From assembly GCF_006345805.1 (NCBI RefSeq), contig NC_043015.1:22010001-22074000 (forward strand): 64,000 bases of DNA, in the 5' to 3' direction. Below, piece by piece: positions 1 through 13,924 of the stretch (the stretch's first letter is position 1; each line of letters begins with the position of its first letter). Below the pieces are notes generated by a model that was not told the origin of the DNA, ran no database searches, and was given only the letters and a program-made list of their open reading frames with translations. The position numbers and the translations under genes were made by a program. Source of the DNA: Octopus sinensis (lineage: Eukaryota).

Positions 1-639
1 TTGATCAAATAATTGCATTGTTGAATTATTCTTTTATATCAGTATTTCTCAACGGGGATTTCAGGGGAGAGTTACATAGAGTCGCTGGCGATGTATCGTG
101 ATGATCAAAAATCGGGCCTGCTAAAATTTGGTTAAAGTGATTCAAACTGCAGACTCAACGCAAAATGTTCACATTTAATTCAAAGCGTTAAAAATGTTAT
201 GAAAACAATTGGTATCTGTTCACAAATTCCAAACGATTGATGCGTAAAACCCCTCCAGGCTACATCCAGAAAATTAATTTCTTTGCCGAATTTCTACAAT
301 CTTACAGCGATTCGTTTTTATATCTTGATTTTGTTTTATTTTTCATGCAATTTACGCATGCTTGCACGCGTGGTGAACATAGTTCACGTCAAACAGCTGA
401 CTGTTCACTATTCAATGCATGGGATGATGCCTAAACAAACACATTATCGATTTTTGCACTTGCGATATGAATTTCGGAACAGAAATAGCGCAGTTCAATT
501 TTCATTCGCCTAAACTTTAAGTGACCCATTTTTGGTGGTTCTATGATTTGTTGGCTAGGAGGAGATGTGCCAGGAAGTTAAACACACAGACACACACACA
601 GAAACACACACAGACACACCCACAGATACACAAGGTGAG

Positions 640-670
<31 letters not shown>

Positions 671-686
671 TAGATAGATATCTATA

Positions 687-848
687 TACGACGGATTCTT
701 TCAGTTTCCGTAGACCGAATTCATTCACAAAGCTTTTGTGGGCCCGGGGCTATAGTAGAAGACACTTGTCCAAGGCGCCACGCAGCGGGATTGAACCTGG
801 AACCATGTGGTTCGTAAGCAAGCTACTTGCCACACAGCCACTCTTGCG
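687..848 (-). mobile_element. tRNA-derived SINE family A, head portion
   Basis: Minus strand reads TGGCTGTGTGG (A-box-like) ... GGTTCAATCC (B-box) ... CCTTGGACAAGTGTCTTCTACTATAGCC; same sequence recurs at ~7780, 8450, 19580, 29690, 32590, 53420. Confidence 0.8.
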
Positions 849-2040
849 TCTCTGTCTAATTTCTGCAAGTGTGTGTCATTCTGTTCTTGTTGGAGGACTG
901 AATACTTGTTGAAGATGCGCAGTTGATGAACTAAAAACAGTAAAATACTCAATCGTTTGACGATAGCTCATAGCACAGTGTATCTATCGCCGTTGATATT
1001 AGACATTTTAGGGAGAGGTACGGTCATTTATATGTCGTGTTCATTAATTCCCCTTTTTCTGTGAATGCAAAATCTATTGGAATTGTCCTCCATGTTAGAA
1101 ACCAATTAAATATGTAACGGTTAATTATCGGCCGGCCCCAGACATTTCTCAAATCTCTGTCGCTTTTCGAAATTTAGGAACACATATTTTTAGTATTGCT
1201 ATGAGATGGACGGTCTAAAATATCAGAATACTGGACATAACATTTGGCATAAATATTTACATGCATCCATTTATAGTCCAAATTAATATCCCACTGTGGT
1301 TTCGCTTTGTATCTTAATCATGGAGAGGATAAACACAATTACCATTGAACCACTCGTAACTATTGATACGTTATCACGACGCCTGAACAATTTATGTCCT
1401 TCTGTGGAAGCTAAAAGAAAAAGCTTTTATGTAATTAGAATAATCACTTAACGGGAGATCTGATTTTTCGATTCCCAAATAGTATGAGATCATAGATTAT
1501 TACCGCAAGAACATCATATATGTGTGTTGTGTGTGTCTATGTATGTCTTGTTATGAAGGAAGTGATCCGACTGAGCCTATACAAATCATCACTATTGAAT
1601 ATCAATTAATTAATCGTAGATTCTTAATGGATGGACATTAGACGCGAAAGACATTCCATGTTAATACTTATATGTTAAAGATTAACGGCATTGTTGGCGA
1701 AACGTTGTTGCTTTGATAAATACGTTGTCGGCGAATCAAGCACGCTTTGTCGTCTCAAGTAAAGTCGTTTCATCTCAATCTATTTTACTTTCTTCAGAGC
1801 TGCACATTTCACTTTTCACTCAAGGCAAACTAACAAAACACATCTAAAATATGGATAGAAAAGCAAAATAAAAAACAAAACAAAATAGTCTACTTACTAA
1901 AAATGCACTTCCAAGAAACATACACACAAAACACACACACGTACACACGCATATGTTATATAACTGTCAAAACAGAGAGATAACATAAAAATCATACATC
2001 CAATATACACGCACACACAAAACACACACGCACCACACAC

Positions 2041-2118
<78 letters not shown>

Positions 2119-2552
2119 AACTCCTGTTTTGAGGTTTATTCTGCTGTTTATATCATCAAACCTCACAAATACACTAACCCGTCGACTATCGTGGAGGTAC
2201 GTTCCAAAACCAACGCGATCAGTGAAAATCTGCGAATTTGAAACGGTAGAGTATCATATATATATGTACATATATTTAATTTTTTATAATTTGTATATAT
2301 TTATTTCACTATAAATGCAAAACGACATCACGGAGGAATCGATGCAAGCTTAAATAATAAACCACAATAAGTGAACCGCGATATGGCGAGGTATTACTGT
2401 ATGTGTGTGTTGTGTGTGTTTGTGTGTCTGCGTGTGTATACTTCTCTATCCGTGTATCTGCGTGTTTCCAGGTTGTTTCTGAAAAAGAATTATAGTTAAT
2501 GCCTACGTGTCTGAGCAATATTCAACCAAATAAACTGTAACTCAGGGGCGGG

Positions 2553-2620
2553 TAATTCATTAAATCGACTGGCCTCCTACCTAGAAACGTCGGGCCTTGT
2601 GTATAGAGTAGAAAAGAAGG
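2553..2620 (+). mobile_element. SINE family B 3' tail fragment
   Basis: AATCGACTGG...CGGGCCTTGTGTATAGAGTAGAAAAG matches the tail of the 52714-52927 copy. Confidence 0.45.
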
Positions 2621-2638
2621 TGTGAGTTAGCTGGGGTA

Positions 2639-2697
<59 letters not shown>

Positions 2698-2759
2698 GCA
2701 CACACATAAGGAATATGTATACATATATATATATCTTCCTTTCTCTACTTCTTTTTCGC

Positions 2760-3300
2760 CCTTTCACCGTTTCTCTCTCTCTCTCTTTCTTCTTTGCACT
2801 CTCTCGTTCGTCACACGTGAGCATCGTCCATCTTTCTTCACCGCACGTGATCATCATTCTTTTCCTTCAGTCGCACTTTTATCTGTCTCCTCTTCTATCT
2901 TTTCTATTGTCAAAGAAAATATTCCTCCACCTTTCGCTACCTTACCCCGTCTGGTTTATTGGTCCACCATGTTCTTTTGTTAAATTTGGTTTGTTGTATG
3001 TCTCCACTGTCCTGTTTTTGTTAACAACTCTTACCCTCCACAAATCCCAAATTTCATTTTGGTTCGCGAGAGCAACTGCCTTTCAAAGCCTCATATTGTC
3101 GTTAAATGCTCGAAATGAGAAGTAGATGAACAGCCTACAACTGATGAAGAGTCGTTCAACATGTTATATGTCTGGTTTTGCATTTGTTTCTCTCGTTGTT
3201 TGCATAAACAAGTTTTTCTTCGCATTTCATGTTGTTTACTTTTTGTGACCTCTTGTACCCATATATGCACATATATGTATACATATATGTATGTATATAT
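2760..3300 (+). mobile_element. Decayed dispersed repeat (family P1) with CT-rich tract and hammerhead-core words; possible PLE pseudo-LTR
   Basis: 3105-3300 aligns by eye with 21130-21390 and with the reverse complement of 33950-34295. Confidence 0.45.
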
Positions 3301-3393
3301 GCATATATACATACACACACACACATATATATATATACATATGTTATATATATATATATATGTTATATATGTATATATATGTATATATATATA

Positions 3394-3449
<56 letters not shown>

Positions 3450-3588
3450 TATATATGTATAAGCAATAATAAATCTCTGAACGAGGTATAAACAGTAACT
3501 GCACGACAATGTGAGGTATATTTGCCATACCCACCCTTACTGGTTAACCATATTGAGATGGCAAATATACCTCACACACTTATATATA

Positions 3589-3638
<50 letters not shown>

Positions 3639-6589
3639 CCAGTTTGAAATGGGTATTTGAAATTCTGAATTACTTACTGATGCCAGCCTCACCCCTTAAA
3701 ACTCTCAATCAAATAGAAACGATACATATTTGTCACCCGACCATTTACATAAGTAGTTGAAAGCTATTATATGTTCGTCTGTTATAAATTTTCATAAAGT
3801 GACATGTCATAATATCACCATTATACATTATTATATACAGCATTTATTTGTAGTTTGTATGTGTTTAATGCTAAAGCAGTCGAGGAATGACAGAACTGCA
3901 GTTGTGCTGAATAATATTGCGGTATTTGCATCATATACACATTATGGTCGCATATATGTGACATGCAGAAGAGATACAGCGAATGTCAGAGGAAGTCGTT
4001 AAAAGCATCACAAAGAAGGGAAAATATATATACTTGTAAATTTATTGTATGACTATTAGAAATAGCAGTCAAATTACTATGAATCCTCATCTTCTGGAAA
4101 AGAAGACGAAAACGCCGTGTATGTTGGTCAAGAAATAAATTTGAATTTATTGTATTCTCAACAAAGTATGATTTACGACTAAACGCCCACAACAACCTCC
4201 CATGTTTAGTGCTATAATTTTCGATGCAAACATTCATTCACAGAAATATGATGTCTTTATTATCCGTTCAGTTAACATCTACTGTGCGGATAATATTGTC
4301 TTTGAATATTAGTACAAAATCAATAGTTTTGATGGATAGCAATCTAAACCCTGACCCTAGTAGAAAACCGGCACTGGCATTTTAACGATCCCACAGGTAT
4401 AAGAAGCAATGTTTACTTCTTAAAGAGTCGGCCAAAATACAACAAAGCATTTTGTCTGGTACTCTAACACTTCTGCCAATCCCAAATCCTTATCTTAATT
4501 TTGTTATAATACAAGCGGCTTCGGGTTTCTGTCTTTAATTCATTGTGTTATTTATCTAATTAACTAACATCTTCTTTGATGAAGTTTTCGTTTTATTATT
4601 GGCCTTCCTCACACTCCATTACATTAATTAAATCAAGCACTATCGGTCAGAGATCCTCTGGAGAAATTTATCAATATTCAAATCAAATCTTTTTGTGGAA
4701 TTGTTACTACTATTTCCTTTTGTTTTTGGTTCATCCATATTGGAACTGCTAGCTGTCACTCACTACCAAGTATGGCTTGGTATACTGTAATATACTTTCG
4801 CTAATGGTTTACTCAGATTAGAAGAGAAGTAACCAAACTCTCTACCTGGCCGAATATCGAGGCTGTGACAACAGGAGGGATGGATGCCTCATAACTAAGT
4901 TGGCACCAAAATATAGCAGAGCACTATAGAAGAACTTCAGGTGTAGTATATTGCTCGAGAACAGAATCGAACTTCTTATGATCTGGGACATTAACCACTT
5001 GGCCATGTAATGTTGCTTTACTTTATTTGAGTCATATGGAGATTGTCAGCAGAAAATCAAAACCCATTATTTATGTCGAATTACTTGGAAGTTCTCTAGG
5101 TAGTAGAGAGGAGATGATGGCTGTTTCGGTTGGATACAAACGTGGATTAAACTGACAATAAACATTTCCATCAGCAATTTATTCTGTGCCGAATATAGGA
5201 GATTATATTATTCGGAAGAAAATAGATGCCATATCATAAGCGAAAACATATTTTTAAAATATTTTTTATTCGAAATGGAAAGCAGAGCGTATGCGTCGTC
5301 ATAGATCTTCCGCGGCAGGTGAAAAGAATGAGAATTTATCATCAAATCCGAAACGTGGTTCGAATGCATGCAACCCAAAGACATCGACATTCAAGATGCC
5401 AAGTGATGGTGGTAAACGGTGGTGGGCATCGGTGGTGGTGGGCAACAGATTAAGCCTATCATCCAAGCAAGAGACCGAAGAAATACTGGACGGCGTCCGC
5501 TCCATCCGCACACATATATTTGGTCTTTTTATTGAACCCCTGCAAGAAGGAAAAGCCCTATTACTGAACGTGAGGAATTGAAGAAACAATGGATTTTACA
5601 AATGAGGAAGAAATTGAATGCCTAATGGCAGGAAATGGCATGGTTTATGAACTGTATAACTGCCTCTGGTGGTGATATCTACTGAAAATATTCGAAATAT
5701 TATATTATTTGTAACACTACTTTCTATTCCATTTTCAGTGATTGGTAATTTGTTGTACCACTTAAATTCTTTATAGGGATGTCCTCATTATCAGTTTGCC
5801 AAACTTCAGATCAAGTCATCATTGTAAAGACTGTAGCCGGCATGTTTTAAGAACAAAAGCATGTAAGTTTTAGCATACGCCAGAACTGTATGGAAAAGAT
5901 ATCATCAGGTTCAACCATAATTCAGTTAGTATTGAATTTAAAGATAACGAATTGAGGTTTTTTCAATACGAATTGATGACTAGCAGGGCGGAAAGTAAAT
6001 TACATCTGCGTTAACATTGTTATTGAACCAGCGTTAGACAATGCCGATAGCTTCAGCAATATATTTACATCGTATGAATTACTTTATCGAAATCCCACTG
6101 ACGAAGTCCTTAATCATATATAGATAAACACAATACACACACACACACAGAGGCACATACACACATCTATATGTATGTCTGTACGTATAAATGCATGCAT
6201 GTTTGTATATACGTATCTATCAATCGATATCTATACATATGTATATAAATATGCGTAATTGTGTGTGTGTGTGTGTGTGGTGTGTGTGTTTAGATTGATA
6301 CGCATACGCGGCCTTCAGTTCAAATGTGACTAGGTGAAATTTACGAACGTAAGATAAAAGGGAGACTCCCGACAACTTCCAAATTGTATTGCTGCGGAAT
6401 TGTCAGATTCGACGTTATTTCAAGCCATACTATCTGTCATATATTATTCATTGCGGAGTCTATAAACAAATAATACAATCAGTCACCGAATGACACGAAT
6501 AAAATATATTATAGGTAAATATTTATGGCGAAATATGAATGGAGACGTATTCGCAAATATCTCATTCACTATTCTCCCACAAGAGATAG

Positions 6590-6945
6590 ATAGAGAGAGA
6601 GAGATAGAGAGAGAGAGGAGGAAGGAAAGAGAAAGAGAGAGAAAAGAGGAAAGAGAAATAGAGAAAGTGAGAGATAAAAAGAGAAAGAAAAAGAGAGATA
6701 TGAATAAAGAAAGAGAGAGAGTGGGAGAGAAAAAGAGAAAGAATGAGAGACAGAGAGGAAGTGAGAAAGAGAAAGAAAGAGGGGTGGAAAGAGAAAGAAA
6801 AAGTAGGAGAAAGAAAGACAAAGCAGAGAGAGAGAGAGGGATGGAGAGAGAAAGAGAAATGTAGAAAGATGGACAGGGAGATACAGCGAGAGAGAGAGAA
6901 TAGAGAGAGAGAGAGAAGAGTAGAGTGATAAAGAAAGGGAGAGAT
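6590..6945. repeat. GA-rich low-complexity/polypurine tract
   Basis: Degenerate (GA)n/(GAAA)n. Confidence 0.9.
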
Positions 6946-7032
6946 ACTCGAATATACACATGCAAATTCACACGCACATACGCGCATGATTGTGCACAAA
7001 TATTAAGGCTATATATGCGCGAACGCACACAC

Positions 7033-7065
<33 letters not shown>

Positions 7066-7242
7066 CATATTGTAAAGTCAATAAAAAATGTAGAGTGAAA
7101 AGCGTGTGGAGAGAAGAACATCCAACGTTTCGGACAAAGTTCTTCTTCGAGGTAAGTTGAAATGGGAGAAACTAATGGGACACAACAGAGTTTTACATTC
7201 ATGGAATCTGCTTGGCTATATATATATACATATCTATATCTA

Positions 7243-7301
<59 letters not shown>

Positions 7302-7321
7302 ATTATCTATCTATCTATCTA

Positions 7322-7365
<44 letters not shown>

Positions 7366-7395
7366 TATACATATATACTACATAAAACAGAAAAC

Positions 7396-7439
<44 letters not shown>

Positions 7440-7445
7440 ACTCTG

Positions 7446-7655
7446 TTACTCTTTTACTTGTTTCAATCATTTGACTGTGTCCATGTTGGAGCACCGACTT
7501 TAGCCGAGCAAATCGACCCGAGGACTTTTTCTATCGGTCTCTTTTGCCGAGCCGCTAAATTACGGGGACCTAAACACACCAGCATCGGTTGTCAAGCGAT
7601 ACTGGGTGGACAAACACAGACACACAATCATACACACCACACAATACACACACAC

Positions 7656-7749
<94 letters not shown>

Positions 7750-7938
7750 TATATACATATACATATACACATATACGACAGGCTTCTTTCTGTTTCTGTC
7801 TACCAAATCCGTTGACAAGGCTTTGGTCGGCCCGATGCTATAGTAGACGACACTTGCCCAAGGTGCAACGCAGTGGGAGACTGAACCCGGAACCATGTGG
7901 TTGGTGAGCAAGCTACTTATCACACAGCCACTCCTAGG

Positions 7939-7941
<3 letters not shown>
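7446..7941 (-). mobile_element. SINE family A, full length, with internal (CA)n(TA)n microsatellite
   Basis: tRNA-like head at right, microsatellite in middle, conserved body and (AAGAGTA)n-type tail at left. Confidence 0.85.
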
Positions 7942-7980
<39 letters not shown>

Positions 7981-8204
7981 TATGTAAATACATGCCAATG
8001 AGTATTCTATGAAGATTGCGGAGTATATGTATTGATGAGTATGAAATTCACTCTGTACTAGGGTCCTTCACCGTAGGCAATTTTATAATGGTTAAGGACC
8101 CTGATGGAACTCCGCCGACCATAATACTAGGTTGCATAATCAACAATGCGCAGTCACTGCAGATGAAATACGTGTAGGTCTGGAAGATAATATGCTGTAA
8201 ATAT

Positions 8205-8601
8205 CTCTTTACTCTTTACTCTTTTACTTGTTTCAGCTAGTTGACTGTGGTCATGCTGGAGCACCACCTTTAGTCCAGCAAATCGACCCCAGGACTTATT
8301 CTTTGTAAGCCTAGCACTTATTCTATTGATTTTTTTCCGAACCATTAAGTTGCGGGAACGTAAACACACCAGCATCGGTTGTCAAGCGATGTTGGGGGGA
8401 GCAAATACAGACACACAAACATACACACACACACACACATATATGCATATATACGACGGGCTTCTTTCAGTTTCCGTCTACCAAATCCACTCACGAGGCT
8501 GTAGTAGAAAACACTTGCCCAAGTTGCCACGTAGTGGGACTGAACCCGAAACCATGTGGCTGGTAAGCAAGCTACTTACCACACAGCCACTCCTACGCCT
8601 G
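8205..8601 (-). mobile_element. SINE family A, full length, short internal microsatellite
   Basis: Same head-microsatellite-body-tail order as 7446-7941; tail reads CTTTACTCTTTACTCTTTTACTTG on plus. Confidence 0.85.
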
Positions 8602-8639
8602 CAGTTGAATAAAATAATGAATTTGAAAAAATCACTCTC

Positions 8640-8815
8640 TTAGCGGTATTTTGCCCGTCGCTACGTTTTCAGTTCAAATTCCGCCGAGGTTGACTTTGCA
8701 TTTCACCCTTTCGGATTCGGTAATTTAAGTACTATTTGAGTACTGAGGTGAATGTAATCGACTAGTCCCCTCCATCAAATTTCAGGCCTTGTGACTATAG
8801 TAGAAATAATATTAT
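8640..8815 (+). mobile_element. tRNA-derived SINE family B
   Basis: AGTTCAAATTCCGCCGAGGTTGACTTTGC core shared with 22293-22522, 31770-31986 and 52714-52927. Confidence 0.7.
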
Positions 8816-8986
8816 TATTATTTATTTCTCTACAGAAAATATACACCCCTGAACAGGCCACATGGAATTACACAGCCGGAGAGGTTACAAGGTCCTAAAA
8901 GTGCATTGTAAGCTCGAGTACCATATACGAGCCGTTGTAGTTAATCGGCACCTGAAACCGACTTGAGAGGAATGAGGTAACTGCCA

Positions 8987-9026
<40 letters not shown>

Positions 9027-9105
9027 ATCCTTATTATTCAATTATACATACATACATACATACACACAAACACACACACACACAAACATAAACACACACA
9101 AACAC

Positions 9106-9158
<53 letters not shown>

Positions 9159-9802
9159 GTGTGTGTGTGTGTGTGTCTGTGTGTGTTTATGTTTGTGTAT
9201 GTGTGTGTTTGTGTGTATGTATGTATGTATGTATAATTGAATAATAAGGATTTGTTAGAATCTCGGCAAGTCAACACGTGGGGCGCCCGAAAATGCTAGG
9301 TATAATAACACTGAACCCAGAATGAGATAGACAACACTGAAGACATCAAGAGTTCGTAGGGTATTTTTGTTTTTAAATATATACAAGTACCAAGTTTAAA
9401 TCATTTAACCTTGGTGTGACCTACGTATAGAAATTAAACACAAACTTTTAAAATTTATTGCAGCTATTTCTGTAGAATCTTATTTCTGCGTTCACAGAAG
9501 AATACCTCTTAACATACAATCCGCCATCATCAAGTAGTTTTGCACAAGTAAAATTTAAAGTAGTGGCGATTTCTTACATCAGTTTAGGCAATGCGTTGAA
9601 TTCTAGACCAACACAAACCACTGACGGTTGTTGCTGCGAGGCAATAGTCCATCCTTCAGGGAGAATGTACGAATTCCTGTCATTTACACGTCGTGAAAAC
9701 CGAACAACTGGACTTACGAGAATTAGGATGTAAAACATTTATGCCATGGGCTTGGTAATGATTATTATATGTACTACATTTATCTATATGAATTAAATTG
9801 AA

Positions 9803-10490
9803 CTAGTTTCATCTCACGAGCTGTGGCCATGCTGGGGCACTGCCATTTCGTGTTGCTACATAATTTTTACTTCACTAATTCTTTCTAGAACTTGACATTT
9901 GGTGCATGAATGTGTTTGACGCCGCTGCCCTCATTTGAACTTCCTGCTATGAAGCTGGTTCATCTGGGAGACTTGACAGCAAGATATCTAGTTTCGTTTT
10001 GAAAAGTCTTACATTCACCCTATACAAGTCTCTCAGCTCCTTAGGGAGGATATTGAAGAGCTGTGGACGTTTAAATATATGTGGACGCTGTTGCAATATC
10101 TTCTATATCTTTATGGCAAATTTGGAGTATTTCGCACTATGTAGTGGCGCCCCGTACTAGCGTTAGTGCATCTCCCAATGCCAGAGTGTGGAATACGTAC
10201 CTCCAGGATCTGGAGTGCAACTCTCCAATGCCAAAGTTTGGAATACATACCTCCATATGTATGTTATGGCATATCTTTTCCGCCTACGTGAGTAGAGTCA
10301 ACATTTCTTGGGTCTTTCTCAGTAGCATATATGTTGTATAGAGGCTATCTTCGTGTAGCTTCGTTGGATTGCCTCTAAGTTCTGCAATTAATTTTACACT
10401 TATTAGTGACCATAGCTGGGAGCAAGAGTGAAAGTGGCTTAGGAAAAATGTCAACCAGAGGACCACAATGGTTTCCTGATCAGAGGACTA
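9803..10490 (-). mobile_element. CR1/L2-group LINE 3' fragment
   Basis: Degenerate ORF2 C-terminus on minus (VCIPNFGI; PQLFNILPKELRDLYRVNVRLFKTKLDILLSSLPDEPAS) followed by a conserved tail; homologous to 49170-49550. Confidence 0.65.
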
Positions 10491-10690
10491 TAATGGTTTA
10501 AAAATTCTAACAATCTATCAGGTCAGCCGCCTGCATTTCATTGCCAAATTAAAAACATGCACATGGAAGGATGCCTCATTACTCATGTAAATGCCCATAT
10601 ATTTTAATTCACAAATGTGCACGTCTATCTGTCTATCCCTCTCTATATATATTATATACAGATATATATATACAAATAGATGCATAATAT

Positions 10691-10756
<66 letters not shown>

Positions 10757-11492
10757 TATATATATCTATATATATATATATGACACTGTGTATCTTAAAC
10801 TGTATATATACATATATAGGTATATTCAGATGCATGGACACGCACACGCACACCCACGCACACACATGCACACATGAACACAATCACGTACACGCAGTCA
10901 GACATGCATTTTAAAACACTTCCTTCATGCTATTCTTTATTTACAGATCAAAGTTTGTTATAAAAGTTCGGTTCTTCTTTGTTTCTCGACTTAATCATAC
11001 CATATTTAACTCCATTCGCCGTTCTCTTTTCACCCCTTCCTTTCAGTTACATCTGACTGTCATAAATCCTTAGTCTTTAGCTTTATTAATAAACCTAGCG
11101 ATTCTTTTTTTAATTATTTTTTTTTTGCTTTCTTCTTCTTTTATATCAAGAGATTTTGAATCTTATAGGTTTTACTCTTCTAAATATATATTCTTTCTTC
11201 TGTAGAAATGTTTTTGTTATATGTATTTAGTTTGTTTTCCTCTTTTTTATTATTATTCCGAATCGATATATGCTCAAGAACAAGGAGGATAGTCACACAA
11301 TCAAATAAGAGAAATCTAGACACGAAAGAACATTAAATGTGTGTATCGCTCTCTTCTCTGCTCCTCACACAAGCACACATACACACACACATCTACGTGT
11401 GTGTATGTATGCATATATGTACACACAAACACACACACCGAAACAAAAACACTCACGCACACACACACACACACGCACACATACACACACGC

Positions 11493-11561
<69 letters not shown>

Positions 11562-11736
11562 CTTGCATTCATACACCCAGATGAAATATGGGAAAATGTG
11601 AAAGCAAAACAAAGACGAAGATTATTAAAAGAAATACGAAGAGGAATATAAATGCTAATATAAACAGATGTAGAAAAGCATAAAAACGGAAAAAATATGC
11701 TCGAAAACTATATTCGGATATTCCTACATAAATACA

Positions 11737-11770
<34 letters not shown>

Positions 11771-11939
11771 CATACATACATACATACATACATACATCAT
11801 ACATACATACATACATACATACACATACATACATACATGCATACATACAAACATACATACAAACAAGCATAAATATATATATACGCATATGTAAATGTGT
11901 ATGTATATATATATATATCATATATATATATATATAATA

Positions 11940-12013
<74 letters not shown>

Positions 12014-12324
12014 ATATATAATGTATACATATATATATAATTACGTGCATATACACAACACACACGTCCACACACACGCACTCAGTCTAAGTCGCACACA
12101 CATATTTACCTATATACACCCGATTATATCAGTCTGAGAGTTAAACAGGAGGAGAAGGAGGTACGTGTTACTGGATGGTAGGTTAAGGTGAATGAGACGG
12201 GGAAAAATAGAGGAAAACAAATTAAGGCTAAAAAATAAAACTTCTAAATAAATAAATAAGAAATGGGTACAGAGACAAAAAAAAACAAATAAGGAAAAAT
12301 TTGAAGACATGTAATAAAATAAAA

Positions 12325-12378
<54 letters not shown>

Positions 12379-12477
12379 GCAAATTTCTAAATGTTCGATA
12401 TCTTCTGAATGAAGGAATTACCTCTGTTGATCATTGATCGGCTGACATAACACAGCTTCCATTGTATAAATTGAAGC

Positions 12478-12536
12478 GGCAAAAATATAATAATAACAAC
12501 AACAACAACAACAACAACAACAATAATAAAAATAAA

Positions 12537-12573
<37 letters not shown>

Positions 12574-12615
12574 TAATAATAATAATAATAATAATAAAAG
12601 TTTGTAATACTAATA
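12478..12615. repeat. (AAC)n(AAT)n microsatellite
   Basis: Direct reading. Confidence 0.95.
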
Positions 12616-12877
12616 ACAATACCGTACGCAACAGCTATGAAGGGAAGCAAGTGAAATTGTATCTCACACATGCACGAAAGACAATAGGCGATTATTAAAA
12701 TCGTTGAATTAAGTCTGGAGAAATAGAGGGGAATGTAATATATATCTGTTTTATATATGAATGCTTGAAGAATTGGCCAAGTGTAAATTATTTCCAAATA
12801 TGTGTAGGGTAGTATTTACTTATACGGAATGATAAAAGCAAACCGAGCACACACAATTTAGATAGGTTTACACTAAA

Positions 12878-12975
12878 ACCATCTTCTTCTTCTTCTTCTT
12901 TTTCTTCTTCTTTTTCTTCTTCTTTTCTTCTTCTTCTTCTTCTTCTTCTTCTTCTTCTTCTTCTTCTTCTTCTAT
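12878..12975. repeat. (TTC)n microsatellite
   Basis: Direct reading. Confidence 0.95.
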
Positions 12976-13924
12976 TATTTATAAACGTGGTTTTTCGCTG
13001 CTTTTTTGTTTCATTCTTTATTTGTATTGTTTTCAAAACTATTCAATTGAATATTAAAGATAGCATTAACAGTCTAAATGCTGTGATCTTCCAGTTGCAT
13101 TTCAAAAACGACGCGAGAACCACAGAACAACAGAAGAATATCACGTTACCCCCTCCCCAACCACTACCACCACCACCACCACCACCACCACCACAATAGC
13201 AACAATATCTACTAGTTTACCGTTCAAATACTACTATTGCTACTATCAATACTACCACTACTGGGTATAGATTCAATATTGACTACATAGCGATTATCGA
13301 CTTAGAATAGCATGTTATAGTTAACATTACAATAACAAAACGATTATCATATCATGGAATAGTCTTTAGAATAAACAAGTCTATAGAAGTTACAAAGTTT
13401 CCATATTTATGATTTAGTTTCGCTTTTATCTAAAGCATTTAGTTCAATACCTGATAGTTTAATACTTATTGATCTTGATTATGGAACTGAATATATATTA
13501 CACGAACTCTATGGATGGGTGTAGCACCTCAGTGCATTCCCACGAGACGCTAAAGATTTCATACAAATCATCTTCAATTGGACCTTGCCGTTTTGAGAAA
13601 AAAAAACACATAGTTGATAAAGTAGTCGAAGATACATTAGACTAGATCTATAGAATTACGGTTAATGTTATCGATATAATTTCATCGATGGAATGCCTTA
13701 AAGTCTCATTGGTGGTTGGTGATTCGACATAGGTACATTGTTAGTATTTTAACATCATTTTAAGCCTGTGTAAAGTTTTCATAAATAAGGTTGATATATT
13801 TCATTTGTTTTATTTTTCATTTTTCTTGAGCTCTAGAACGATTATCCGCTTTCCGTGGCCTATATAATTGTTCGAGATCACAATAGTCTCTCTGAACGGG
13901 CCACCGCTCTGTTGCACTATTCAA

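Noticed and set aside
1765-1800. Minus-strand CTGAAGA...GAAA
   Set aside because: No stem II, no NUH site, no stem I partner; similar isolated CTGANGA words at 6097, 21974, 29976, 30167, 42063 and 44484 were rejected likewise
5325-5365. GAATGA-stem-CCGAAACGTG hammerhead-like word
   Set aside because: Core 5' half wrong, G at the cleavage position, and no stem I
5291-5589. Two antiparallel 96-aa ORFs in slightly GC-richer DNA
   Set aside because: No recognisable motif or splice signals; cannot distinguish from an unidentified repeat relic
6483-7202. 239-aa and overlapping charged or Leu/Ser/Phe-rich ORFs
   Set aside because: Produced by the GA-rich low-complexity tract
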